Source of the DNA: the human T2T-CHM13v2.0 reference genome, Homo sapiens
DNA: 64,000 bases
Direction: 5' to 3' (one strand)
Assembly: GCF_009914755.1 (NCBI RefSeq)
Contig: NC_060931.1
Shown piece by piece: positions 1 to 12,860 of this stretch. The notes under the pieces were generated by a model. The model ran no database searches and was not told the DNA's origin. It saw nothing but the letters and a program-made list of their open reading frames with translations. A program made the position numbers and the translations under genes. The stretch's first letter is position 1. Every line of letters starts with the position of its first letter.

Positions 1-254
1 AATGGTAAGTAATAAGAGCGATAAAGAGTGCTATTGTGGGTCAAATGAGAGATTATATCTTGTTAAAGGAGGAAAACAATGACCATGATAACAATGACCA
101 CTACCATAATAATGCCAGTAATAATGTCAAACATTTGTTCAAGACTACTATATTTCAGCACTTTTCTAAACCCGGTATACATATTAACTGTTTTAATGTT
201 CATAACAATTCTAGGAGAAAAATGACATGCAGAGATAATACTTTTAAACCAAGA

Positions 255-370
255 TGCACGATGATACTTAACAGAGATGATACTTAACATGATGCTCAGA
301 GTCTCTAGGAAGTGGCAAGGTAAGGATTCAAACCCAGACATTGTGGCTCTAAAACCCACATTCTACCGAC
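255..370 (-). mobile_element. MIR SINE fragment
   Basis: MIR-like text 'aggattcaaacccagacattgtggctctaaaacccac'; boundaries approximate. Confidence 0.5.
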
Positions 371-720
371 TGTCCAGGCTACTTTTCTAAGAAAAGCACA
401 CAGGCGAATAAAGCCCAGGATTTGATGAAATAGCAATAAACAAGTTAAAAATCCCAACCACTAAGTCAGTGAATATCTACTGTACCCAATATTTTCTTAT
501 TTGATGATGAAGGCAAAACTCTTTCAGTATAATTTAAGGGTTGTAATTATTCATTTACATTTTAAAACCATTTCAATACATTTCCATTAAAACTCAGTAT
601 TCATCTAGGAAACCCTGTAGACATTTCCTACAATGTAGGTAACATGTACAACCATGTAATACTGTGGTTTACAATGTGAAATTTCTCTGAAGCTTTAGTG
701 CCTTCTAAAGGAAGAAACTT

Positions 721-795
721 AAAAAAAAATGAAGGGAGAGAAGGAGGGAGAGTAAGAAGAAGGAAGAAAAGAAGGAGAAGAAGGAAAAGAAGAAT
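721..795. repeat. GA-rich low-complexity purine tract
   Basis: About 75 nt of almost pure A/G, seen directly. Confidence 0.85.
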
Positions 796-2255
796 TAGCA
801 GAGACCTGTCAATCATCCAGTAGATGATAGGGTAATATGGTGGAAAAAACCTGGAATACCTGAGGGGCTCTATCCTGGCTTTAATGTGCCAACTGTGTGC
901 TAAGATTCCATGGTTCTCATTTGATGATCACTCACAATTGTATTAATTCAAAAACCCTAAAATCCTTACTGTATTACAATGTAACGTCTTCATATGGTAC
1001 TTCATTATATAGATGTGATACCAAAATAATTTTTTCATGTATCTTTGGAGAGAGCCACATTTCATATTTACAGTTAAGGACTGAACGCCCTGATAAGTGA
1101 AAAAACACCCAAAACACACACTGATTCCATAAAGCTGCTGATGCTCTTGGAACAAGATAGAAATTCCAGTCAAAGAACAGAATCGCCATCCTTTTCATCC
1201 AAAGCCAGAGTCATTTTCTCTTTCACATTAAAATCTCATTTCTAGTGCTCCATGATATTAAATTTATAAAAATGAGTATAAAATATTTTAAATTTATCAT
1301 GTACCTACATTAAAAGGACAATTGCAGGAAGAGCACTCTGATCTCCCACTTTCAAAAGAGTGATCATTTAGTTAAAACAACTTCCTATGAAATAATGTAA
1401 GATAACATATAAATGGCTACCTTTAACAATTCTAACTGAATCAAAACTGAAAAGATTTTTTCTTGATTTCTGAAACAGACTGAAATTTAAGATATTAGGT
1501 ATGACTGCAGTTTCATTTAAAAACCAAGAGAGGAGTTTAATCATGTATCTGACTATCACAACTTACCTTCATTATGGGAGTGCATTATAATTGGTTTGAT
1601 TACTGGACTTGTCAATTATACAGTCAATACCAATCAATGAAAATTAATCACTTAAGATACCATGGCATAAATAAAAATTCTCTTTTTACAAATAATTATC
1701 ACAATTTTAAGATTATTCTTCCATATGTGGAAATAAATCCTGCAGATACTGAAATAATTTGGAATATTAAAGAAACTAAGATTTGCTAGATTAAAATTAA
1801 GGGGTAAGAAGGATGATTATTACTATTATTAAAAGTACATTAAATTATATGTAAATATACTCTAACACAACATCCCAACACTCAACCATGATCCCTAACA
1901 TACAGAACTGACTCAGTGCTTTCTGAGTAAATACTAGAGTATCCAGTAAATAATAAAACCTTACAATAATATTCTGAAATAAGTATTAGGTTAAATGAGA
2001 TGCTACTTTTATCTTGAACTTATTTTGATTCATTTGAATAAATTCTTATAGAAAAAAACATTTGGGAACTGTTTCTAGAAAACTACAGAGTGAAAATATT
2101 CAGTATTTAAAGACAAGCCTACTGTTTAAAATTTTTCCTGGTATTATTATTATTATAATAACTGCAAACTATTGTTCTATGTCATGTCAATAAGCACTTA
2201 AGGAGCAATTAGATGTGAAGGTTTTGTTTTTTTTTTCCTAAGTAAATCTAATAAG

Positions 2256-2286
2256 TGCCATTTCTCTTTACTCCACTAGAGGGTAG
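2256..2286 (+). promoter_or_regulatory. Candidate CTCF site about 1 kb upstream of exon 1
   Basis: CCACTAGAGGGTAG (2273-2286) has one mismatch to the CCASYAGRKGGCRS core. TGCCATTTC starts 17 nt upstream and resembles the upstream module. Confidence 0.45.
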
Positions 2287-3279
2287 TCTCTCAAAACTGG
2301 GGTTGGAGTCATGACTAGCCTGCTTTTGACCTGTTGATATATTAATCCTCATGTTCCATTCTCCTCAACAAGATGTTTCTCTAGTATACTAATTAAGGTT
2401 GTAAAACATGCATTTTTAAAACTGCTTTTTGATTTTTCATGTATGTTCTTTCAGAAATATGCACTGCTATGTGTTTCTGTGTTTTCCAAATTTCTGGTAA
2501 TTAATAAAAATGTTTTACATGTATGGCTTATATAGTATATTTTCCTGGGAAATATCCTTTCAGAGTTAATAGGCCTAAGAATAAAGATAGTCTTTTAAAT
2601 AATTTAACTTATTACAATCGAAATATTTCCCCAGAGTGGTAAAAAATACATCCTAAATACACACACACACTCACAGATACACAAACACACCTACACATGT
2701 ACCCATTCATATGTAGCTCCTAGATTTATTACATCATATAAAGAGAAGTCAGTGAGTATAATTAGAAATACATATTTTTAAAAAGTACCCCCTCAAATGC
2801 CAATGTTGTGAATTACAGAGAGGCAAATATATGCTTTATTTTAAAAATCTGGTCAATCCAGACAAGAAATGTCATTGCTAAAAAAAAAAAAAAAAAAGTG
2901 TTATTGAACACCAAGCACATATGCTAAATTAAGTAGGATCTATAGAGAACCAAATGCCACTCAAAACAGTTGCAAGCTTCTCTTCTTAAATAATGCAGTC
3001 ATTGCTGAACTTCAGAGACGGAGTTGGAGGTTTGAGTCTCTACCAGGTGTTTTTAATATTTAGGAAATCCTTATCAGTAGTGTGTCCTCTCTATTTGCAG
3101 ACTGAAAACATATTTCTCTGAATGACTGATAACCTAAAATTGAGAAAACTTGTCAAAAATTCCCAACATTCCCTCAGAAAGGAAAAAAAAGAAGGAAAAT
3201 GATACCTAGGAAAACATGCAAGCCTGTTTCATTTATTTGTATCCTAAGCAGCAGTGTCATAGAACAGACAGTTTGTTTC

Positions 3280-3774
3280 AGCCAACCAGACTGGAGCAGC
3301 TGCGAGTGCTACATCTTGGCTGTCTGAAGCGATTGGCTCCTCTCTGGGGAGTGGAGGGTGTTCAGTTATTAATGACCGCTGAGCAGGCAGCACCATGTCA
3401 GTGTGACAACTGATCGGGTGAACGATGCACCACTAACCACCATGGAAACAAGGAAAAATAAAGCCAGCTCACAGGATCTCTCTTCACTGGATTGAGAGCC
3501 TCAGCCTGCCGACTGAGAAAAAGAGTTCCAGGAAAAAGAAGGAATCCCGGCTGCAGCCTCCTGCCTTCCTTTATATTTTAAAATAGAGAGATAAGATTGC
3601 GTGCATGTGTGCATATCTATAGTATATATTTTGTACACTTTGTTACACAGACACACAAATGCACCTATTTATACCGGGCAAGAACACAACCATGTGATTA
3701 TCTCAACCAAGGAACTGAGGAATCCAGCACGCAAGGACATCGGAGGTGGGCTAGCACTGAAACTGCTTTTCAAG
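3280..3774 (+). other. LRRN3: LRRN3 non-coding exon 1 / TSS region (5' boundary uncertain)
   Basis: Local rise in GC and CpG. Perfect donor CAAG|GTAAGT at 3774/3775. Matches my recollection of the LRRN3 5' UTR. Confidence 0.75.
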
Positions 3775-4024
3775 GTAAGTTTAAAATACACATATATTTT
3801 AAAATACGTTCTATTTCTTGTCTCTTCGATGATCATGTTTTTACACCTAAATCCTCCTTTGATGTCTTCTTCTTGTCTGAATTCTAAGAGCATTTTTCTT
3901 TTATTGCACTTTTGAGAAGAAATTCACATGCAAAACCCAGCTGGCTCTGTGTGTGCCTAGCTGTGTTTGTGAGATTCTCCAACATGCATTTTACTAGCTT
4001 GAATGCCCATTAGAGGATGTGAGT

Positions 4025-4168
4025 GGGAGAGAAAAAGCAGTGTTGGGGGGAGGAGAAAAAGGAGGGAGACAGAAGAGAAGGGAACAGTGGGGGAGAAGAG
4101 AGGAGGAGAGGGAGAGAGAAGGAGATGGGGAAGAGAGAAGACAGAGAGGAGACAGAGAGGAGAGGAGA
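4025..4168. repeat. GA-rich purine tract in intron 1
   Basis: About 140 nt of G/A-rich sequence (gggaga/ggagag units). Confidence 0.85.
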
Positions 4169-7100
4169 GTCACGGGTGATGGGGTGCAATTTTCCTTTTT
4201 CTTCACATTATTTGTAGTGAAAAGCAGATCACACATTATTCTCTGTTTTGAAATCAACCCACCAAATGGGGCATTTTTATTTTGTCTCATCCAGTGGATG
4301 CAAATTAAGGCAAATGCTGTTGTATGTTAAGAGCTAAACCACTAAGCAGAGTAGCAGAATGAGCATATCACAAACAGTTATTGAATTTCTGCCAGGCTAC
4401 ATCTTACGGACTGGGGTAAATGACTTCCCTTTAATAACATCCCCTCGCTGGTCTGAAGGGACAGTGCAAATGTCTGATTGCTAATGCAGCTGGAACTGCC
4501 ACACACTAGGTGAAAGGATCCCATGAACCAGAAGAGTTCTAATCTTTGGTAATTAACAGGATCACAGCAGGATGGCTTTAAAGTACATTTCCTATTTAAG
4601 AAAATTGTTTGTTCTAACCAACTGCTATATTCCCTTTGCTGTTGTTGAGCTGGATGGCTTAATTCGGCTCTAATTTATTCATTTTTAACAATATGTCCTT
4701 GTTTCTCTGCCTCTAATTTCAGTGAAAGCAGGCTATGAATATGAGTAGAACCGTCCTAATTTAGTGAAAAGGGGAAAATGTGAAAACAAAAATAGAAGTA
4801 AAGGTTCAAAATATCTACCTAGAAAATAGTGTGCTCTGGTACCATAAATATTACTGATATATTTCTCATCTTTAGTTTCAGAAGCAATGCCTTTGAGACA
4901 GAATTACTCTCAGTAAACTCTATGAGCATCCATGTATTGATGATTCATGGAATTCAGTGTGGGTTAATTTTTACTTCCAATCTTGTAAAGGGAAGCCAGC
5001 TACTTAGAATATGCTTTCAAACAGACAACACCAATTGAGGATATTCATGGAAACATTCACTGCCCTCTTTACTGGGTCCTGGAAAGACAGTAAAAGAAAC
5101 CTAGCATTTGTATTTCATCTTCTGGAGCTCTCTCCTGCCTTCTTTTAGTTCAACTAACCACACAGTTAACAGAGTCAGCTTCTTTGAAACTGTGGGTTAT
5201 TTTTTTCCACAACTGTGATTTCAGAGCTATTATTGGTTTCCTAGTTTGTAATATAAGCCAAAGCAAAAAGACAATAACCAGCCACTTAGATCCTGCCACT
5301 TTCCCATAAATGTGTCAAAAAAATGAGTCAGTTTACAACATGTAATATAAGAAGTCAATTAATTCCAGTGACCTTTGTAAATGATGACAATAAAGCAGCT
5401 CTGACAATATGCCAGTGGCTTCGATTTTCTCTCTGTAAGATGAACAAGTTTAAGAAGAGGGTTCCTGCTCAGAGAAAAATGAAAGGTGCTGAAGCATCAG
5501 CTTGCAATATTGGCAGCTTTGCTCGCTCTGCCTCAAATGCCACATGCAATCTATAAAAAAAACCAAAATGATTTATTACAAAAAGGAAAAAGTGTTTTAT
5601 TTGCTTTTCTGCTATTTATTAAAAGTGCTGCTTTTGAAACAGACCAGATCTGATATTTTGAGGTACCTCCTAAGTTCCTAACCAAGAGGAAAAGACTTGA
5701 AGTAGATACTCAACCCTCTGATTTCAAACTCCTATATAATGTAGCATTGCAGTATTTAATTCAGTTTTTCTTAGACCTTTTCCAGGGAAAGTTTGCATGC
5801 CAGACACACATTCTTAAATCTAACCCGCCTTATTTTAAAATTGCAATAGATGACACCTAAGAACAGTGGATTCACTCTTTAACCTTAGTAAAGCTCACAT
5901 ACATATTTTGTGGATTACAGAGATCAGTAACGTGCCCACTTCAGTCTGAGAAATACCAACACTCCAGGCCCCCGGTGTTGCCACTCAGTGTGTGCCAGTG
6001 AGTTTGGTGATTTGATCAGCACCTACGAATGCCAGATGATGGACATTTGTGTATGACTGGAAGATTTACCCATAGTCTCCCCAAATCATGTAACTATACC
6101 AGAAATAGCACCTTCCTGGCAAGACAATTCAAAGGACCATTTTTTTCAGGGTGTCGCTTGTCACAGGCAACATGCTGAGTTAGAATGCTGATGAGTAGGT
6201 GGAATTTTTTATTTGGAGGTGGTGGTTGTTGTTGTTAATGGCTTAATAAACGGTGCTACCAGCCTTCCAGGCCAGCAATTTAGTGACCTACAAAAAAGGT
6301 GATCAACTTATGATGCACTAACTATATTTCACTGTTTCTTTGTTCTTTCCTTTTTTGTAACATCTTTTGCTTTCGCCATGTGATGGGTTTGATGTTTCAC
6401 TCCTCCCCCCGAATCTGAATTTTTTTGGGGTGTAACATTCCTGTGTAACATGGCACTATGGTATTTATTACAATCTAAGTTGATCAGAAAGCTCTATAAC
6501 CGGAGTTTCGTTTTAAAAAAACACTTATGTAAGTTAAATGTTATTACTTAATTAGCAGCCCCTGAAAATGGGCAGAGGTGAGGTATCTGTTGGTGAATCT
6601 GAAGGAGATCATTAAAAGAAAGCTAATAGCAGACTAAAAAATGAGTTCCTACTTCTAGCCTCAGTAAGGATGCTCCTCTAAAATGATTTAAAATAATGTG
6701 GCTCCAGCCAGTCTGAAGAAACACTAGACATGTGTACAGCACACTAAAATGTTCCATGTAGACCTGGTTCTGAGAGTTTAGCTACTTATGTATCACTCTT
6801 TGGTACATGAAACTAAATAAAGCAGGTAAACTCTAGGCAAAACATCAGTACATCTTGTCAGTGCTGTCAAAGATAAAGCTCTCTGATATTGGCTATGCAA
6901 TGAGTACTTAGGAAAGCTTCACTGTATAACAACTGAACATAGCTCCTGCACAGAGCTCAGGGAATTCCTCTCCTCTCCTTCTGATAAAGTGATGTATTGT
7001 TAGACATCTACGAAGTCACTAGTAAAACATGATAACAATTATTTCTTTAGCCACAATGTGAAAGGAAAGGAAGTCAAATTCTAATATAAAGACAGTAGCT

Positions 7101-8389
7101 GGTGCCAGAGGATGGGAAAAAGGAACAGGGATAAATCGGAACGTTTTTCTAACTTGTTGAAAGGAATGGAAGGTCTCAATAGATGCTATTTAGAGGTCAT
7201 TAAATACAGGATTAACAAGGAAGACTTAATGTCCATCTCAAATCTTTCTGAAGAAGTACAGTACCTACAGGGCCATTTACTATATTTGCATAATTGTCAA
7301 GTTTGTATACACCTGCTTGCTATTATGTTAATTCATCTTTAGGCCATAATAAGGGAAGAATTTTCTATGGTGCCATTAATAAAAACACATGACACAGCTT
7401 CAGGAGACGGGGAATAAAGAGGGGAGACATGCTTTCATAGAATAAAATTTTTGAACTGAAAGAGACATTAGTAGCTAGTCTAATATGTTCATTTGATAGG
7501 TGAAAAACACTGAGGCTGAAAGGGTTTGAAATCGTTATAATGTAATACATTATACTTTGTATTCACCCAGCTATTTATTGGAGAGGCCTAGGTTAGAACC
7601 CCTTACAATACTTCCTCCAGAATTCCATTAAAATTCTGCCTCCTTGGTCTTTCAAAAATAATGTTTTCTCAAAAACCTCCTATGTGCAAAAAATCCCCCC
7701 AAATTCACAGATATGTACAAAAAAGAGAAATATTTATTCAGATAATCAAATATTCTAAAAGGAAAAGCCAATATTCAATAATAGAAGCAATGATTTATTA
7801 AGTATATAACACCCAAATATTTCAAACCCATAATTCATCATTTGAATATAGTTTACCATATTCTGTAAAGTCATAAAAATTAGAGTTTTGCCCTGTTTTT
7901 AAAACATGTTAATAATAATACTGCTATCCTTCACCTACAGAGACTCAGCTATTGATCATCCACTATAAGTTTTAAGGTTTTCCAAGAATTCTGAAGAGGC
8001 TTTCCACATCTGTTTTTACTTGGTTTCACTGTAAATAATTTAAGGCACTTAACATGTGCCCTTTTTTTATATACAGTGTCCACTCTCAGGATCCATGCTT
8101 TGCTTATACATCTCACTGGAAAACAATAAATATATTATCAGGACAGCAATCCCTCTCCCTCTCTCCCTCCCCTACCCCATCCCAACTTACTTTTTGATTT
8201 CTAGAGTCAGACTGAGAGCTCCAGTAGGCAATGATATCTCCTTAATATCACAATCCTATTCTTTTCTTTTGGGCAAATTTCTCTGTTTTTAAATGTGCTC
8301 TCCAAATTTTGCTTAACATAATAGTAATTAATTGACTCAACTTGTAAGAAGGATACAAAATATAAACACAATAATTGTGAATATTTGTT

Positions 8390-8560
8390 TAAAGCTCTAC
8401 CATTTACAGAGCAATTTTTCAACAATTACTTTGCTCCTCACAACAATCTGGTGAAGTAGGGTAGATATGATGATGATTAACATCTTTAAGACAGGAGAAT
8501 GAGGTTCTGTGAGGTTAGAGACTTGCTAGCATGTTGAGGTGCAAGGGTCTCTGACTCCAG
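8390..8560 (-). mobile_element. MIR fragment
   Basis: 'ctcctcacaacaatctggtgaagtaggg...gagaatgaggttctgtgaggttagagacttgc' resembles the MIR core. Confidence 0.5.
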
Positions 8561-10859
8561 AGAGTAGAAGAAAATATGGGTGCAGCACTGGTCCCTGGCA
8601 TTTCTGAAGTTAGTAATAAATGTTAGTTCCCTTTTTATGGAACTTCCACTCTAGATCTTACCCTTCCAACAACTATGTCCTTTGTACCATACCACACTAT
8701 ATCTGGATAGATTCTTGCAAATTAAAATCTTTATTTCTTAATTTAAATCACAGCTATTGCTATGCCTGAGTTAAATTTAAAAAAAAAAAAAACAAAACAA
8801 AACCCACAACCAACATCTATTCTTGGAGAAAAAGACTGTATGTTGTCCTACCTACTCATCCATATGTTTGTCTGACAGCATTAGCACTTTGATAAACAGA
8901 CACTTGGCAAAGGTCTCAAAAACTGGAAAAAATGAGATGAGTAAATTATTTAGGGATTTTCCAGGTTACTAAAAATTATGAACAAAGTCTCCAAAGTCAC
9001 TTAAGAACCCCCAATGGATCAAGTGTCAACATAAAAGCAACTTCCTTAGCATCTCCTTTCTGGTTTGTCTTGGGTTGAAAATGACACACTAAATAAGATA
9101 AAAATACTAGTTAATTTGAAAGTAAACTGGTATATTTGTAAACTACTAAAGTCAAAATGCCAGTAAACTTACATACATTATTCTGTGAGCCCTTTCTAGG
9201 GGAGATTGTGTCTGTCAAAAGTAATATAGACCTTAAAATGAATAAAAATCCCTTTAAAAAATCTTCTAAAGTTTGTCATTTCACGCTTTACTTCCAGGAG
9301 GTGAAGCATTCCACAGATAATCAGCTACTCTATTCAGGGAAGGAGTGTAAACATCACCACTTTCTGCATGTTTGCATAAAAAAGGCCCACTGAATCAGTT
9401 AAAGGTTAGTATCAATAGGCAACATTCTCTATTTCCAAAGGCCTGAAGCTCCTGGGATCTAATTCCCTGAGGAACAATGGAAGAGGCACTGTTTCCCAAC
9501 TGGTACAAAACAGGACTTCAGGAACAGCAGAATGTGTTCTCCAGGGATTAAGCCCCCTAACGTGAAGCTTGGGACTCACAACACTTACAAGTGACATGAA
9601 TAATAGTAGATATTTTAACTATAGAAGACATTTAAGAGACTTCGTTTTCACTGTGATAAACAGGTTTGATTTGGACTTATAACTTTTTTCTAAAATTATC
9701 AAATTAATAACGACTATAATGAAATAGAGGCAAATATTTTAGAGGATTCATTCCTTGGGGTAACATTTGTTCTATAATTTATAGTCTCATAATGTTGAGA
9801 GATTAAAGCATTTAAATAACATTGTCAACTAACTTTCAGCTTACCTTTCTTAAGGAAAAAAAACAAAAAAATGTTAAAAATAGACATGTATTTTTCAAAC
9901 ATACAATTCATGTTTTTATGTCATTAGACTGTTTACTGTATCGCTATATTTATATGCCTCTGAAATATGGAGTGTTAATGGGGTCTAAGTTTAATTCTAT
10001 TTTTATCAAAACTCAGTCACTCAGAAATACCAAACACTGAACATGTTCTACAAAAAGTATTCAACATCTGTAGAATACATGGAACCACAATGACCTTTAC
10101 TGAAATTTCAATAGTTGCAGGAAATAATTTCAATATATATCTACACAGATTATATTTTGATTTCTACAAAGGCCAAGGGGTTAATGACCTTAAACTGCAG
10201 GTGCCCAAGGCATTGAGAACAAAAAAGATAGAGCAAGCGAAAAGAGAATTGTGTCTAGGTCACAATGCTGTAGCATTGAAAAGAAAGTGCAACAGAACAG
10301 AATGGAAAGAGCAAAACAAGGTGACTGCCATATATGAAAGATAAACATACTCTAAGAACATATAAACTTTGAAAGCTCTATTCACAGTCATTCTTGAATG
10401 AAAAATATATAAAATGCCATTATAAGATATAAACATCATCCAAGTCAATTTGTTGTGTGACTAGCTGAACTGACTCACTTACCAAACACATAGTTTATAT
10501 TTGTTCCTCTTATTGTCATTTATTACTCACGTATTTTTTACACAAACACCACAGTTGTTTAAAGAGTTTCATAAGGTGATGTTCAGCTAACTTTTTAAAA
10601 TCAGTGAGGCATTTTCCAAACCATTTCCTCAATCAATTACTTTTTAATGAGGAAGCAAAATTTATGTAAATATCAAAGTCTCATTTTTATATTTAGGCTA
10701 TAAATTATACCATAATATGCTGCTGTTGGGCAAAATAATCAAAGTAATGATGAATTAAAACAAATGTTCTGACATAAATTAATGTAAGCAGAGCCCTTAT
10801 ACGTTCAAACCACATCATCTCTCTTAGACAATCCTTTACTGGCTAAAGGAATGGTAATA

Positions 10860-11115
10860 ATACTGGCAGATCTCATTTACAACATACAAGCATTTTCTGT
10901 GCCAAACATTATGCTAAGCACTTAACATACATTTTCTCATTTAATCTTCATAACGACCGTACTAAGTAAGCGCTATGTTTAACCCATTTTACCAACGTGA
11001 AAAATAAGGCTTAGAGAAGAAAAGTAACTTGCCATAACTAATGAAGAACACGAAAAGGAACCTAGGTTAGTTAGCTCGAAAGAACAAGCCTTTGTGCATG
11101 AGGCAACACTGCCTC
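10860..11115 (-). mobile_element. MIR SINE
   Basis: 'tgtgccaaacattatgctaagcactt...ctcatttaatcttcataac...aaataaggcttagaga' resembles the MIR core. Confidence 0.65.
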
Positions 11116-12151
11116 CCGTTGGTACTGCCTAAATATAGCTAGTTGATATCGCCTTCCAAGAGTCAGATTCTCTATCAAAATACAGTAACTCTGTTTCTAG
11201 TTTCATATCATGCATTCTGCTCATACTAGAATATTATACCTTTGTAGGATTCTTCTTTTCTTTCTGAGAAAGGAGTGATGCTTTAATTATTTATATCTGA
11301 GTTTTGCTATCCACTAGATTAACTAAAATGATTTTTTGTAGTTCAATTCACAGCTAGACCTGTGAACTGGCAGCTTATAACTTCCTCTATCATCATTTTT
11401 CCATCGAGTGGAAGTCAACATACTTCTTCACCTGAGGTCATGCAGTATAATAAGTGACACAAAAGAAAAATGCAAAACTTAGCTCATTGGTCTCAAATTT
11501 CATTATTTATAATAAGCTTTCCTTGTATCTAGTTCCAAATTTTAGACACTTTTTTCCCCTCATGCATTCTCTTTTAAATGATGAAGATGAAAATAGTCTG
11601 AATACAATTTCATTGCTACTATGAGCATCAATTTTCAATGAAATTCATCAATCTTCTTCAGTATGAATAAGCTGCTAGCCCTGCAAAGTTAATTGATGAA
11701 AGCTGTAATTTGCTTTTCAAACTGAGGATGCTGAGCCAAACCTAAAACTTTAGTAGAAGCGTTCTATATTAGCTGTTTGTAAAACTTCAGCATTTCTTGC
11801 TATGTCACCTCCTGAAAGGGCTATCAGGGGAGTCCTTCAACTTGACTGTCCTACAAAACAAAATCTGAATGTAAAATTAAAGCAAAAATGTTGCTGAGGA
11901 TTCCTCCAGTGATTAAAAATGGAGTTTAGAGAGCTCACATCAACATACATTTTCTATTCAAAATGAAGTTTTTTTTTTGAAAGTTATAAGCAATTAGACA
12001 ACTAAAAAAAGAAATTCAATTTTGAGGTGATAAAAGGTTAAAGTATTGTGAATCATGAATAACCTAACATGTAAGAAATAAAGAAGGACATGTATAATTT
12101 AAAATTAAACTTTTGGGGTTTTTTTCCTGCTACTTCTTACATACAACAAAG

Positions 12152-12233
12152 ACGAGGAAGAGGAGGAGAAAGAGAAAGAAGAGGAAGATGTTGGGCAACA
12201 TTTATTTAACATGCTCCACAGCCCGGACCCTGG
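12152..12233 (+). other. LRRN3: LRRN3 non-coding cassette exon 2 (82 bp)
   Basis: Pyrimidine tract, then acceptor AAAG|ACG at 12151/12152 and donor TGG|GTAAGC at 12233/12234. GAA/GAG-rich body. Matches my recollection of an LRRN3 mRNA variant. Confidence 0.75.
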
Positions 12234-12390
12234 GTAAGCTCTTTGTACAACTCACCTCATTTCACTTTGATTCCATGAGGGAACTGAGGCTTGAAATGGA
12301 GAAGCATTTGCCCAACTTCACTCATTGGAAAGGTCCTGATTTGAACCCTGAATGTCTGACTCTGAAGCCCATGTTATGGTGTCTTCCTTA
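12197..12390 (-). mobile_element. MIR overlapping the exon 2 donor
   Basis: 'acatttattt...ctcatttc...gggaactgaggctt...tttgcccaa...gatttgaaccctgaatgtctgactctgaagccc' is antisense MIR. Confidence 0.65.
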
Positions 12391-12397
12391 GCATGTA

Positions 12398-12526
12398 TTT
12401 CTTTTTTTTAAATTTCAATAGCTTTTTGGGAAACAGATGGTGTCTGGTTACATGAATAAATTATTTAGAGGTGATTTCTGAGATTTTGGTGCACCCATCA
12501 CCCAAGCAGTGTACACTGTACCCAAT
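12398..12526 (-). mobile_element. Short 5'-truncated L1PB-type 3' end
   Basis: PolyT followed by 'gtgatttctgagattttggtgcacccatcacccaagcagtgtacactgtaccc'. Degenerate TSD ccttagcatgtatttctt / ccttatcacatatttctt. Confidence 0.75.
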
Positions 12527-12654
12527 GCCTTATCACATATTTCTTAGAATAAGCATAATATATTTATCCTTAGAGAAGCATTTGACTTTTTATGCAGAAG
12601 CATCTAACAACAGGCTCTTTCTACAGTTTTAAACTTCTCAGCCAAGATCAGGAG

Positions 12655-12860
12655 TATATATATATAATAATATGCTTAAACTTTATATATAATAAAATAT
12701 ATGTAATGAAAATATATATTAAAATATTTATAACATATATAGATTTAAAATAAATACAATAAGTGCATCAAACTTTACAGTTTTACCACATGGTACAACC
12801 TGATTAGTATAATATTATTTAATAAATAATATAATGATAATGAACACTTAATATAATTCA
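12655..12860. repeat. AT-rich low-complexity (TA-rich) tract
   Basis: Near-pure A/T with TATA runs. Confidence 0.7.

Noticed and set aside
3280-3780. CpG island or canonical TATA promoter
   Set aside because: Only scattered CpGs, and no TATA box could be tied to a defined TSS.
3994-4330. Arg/Glu/Gly-rich and Ser/Pro/Leu-rich ORFs
   Set aside because: Artefacts of the stop-poor GA tract.
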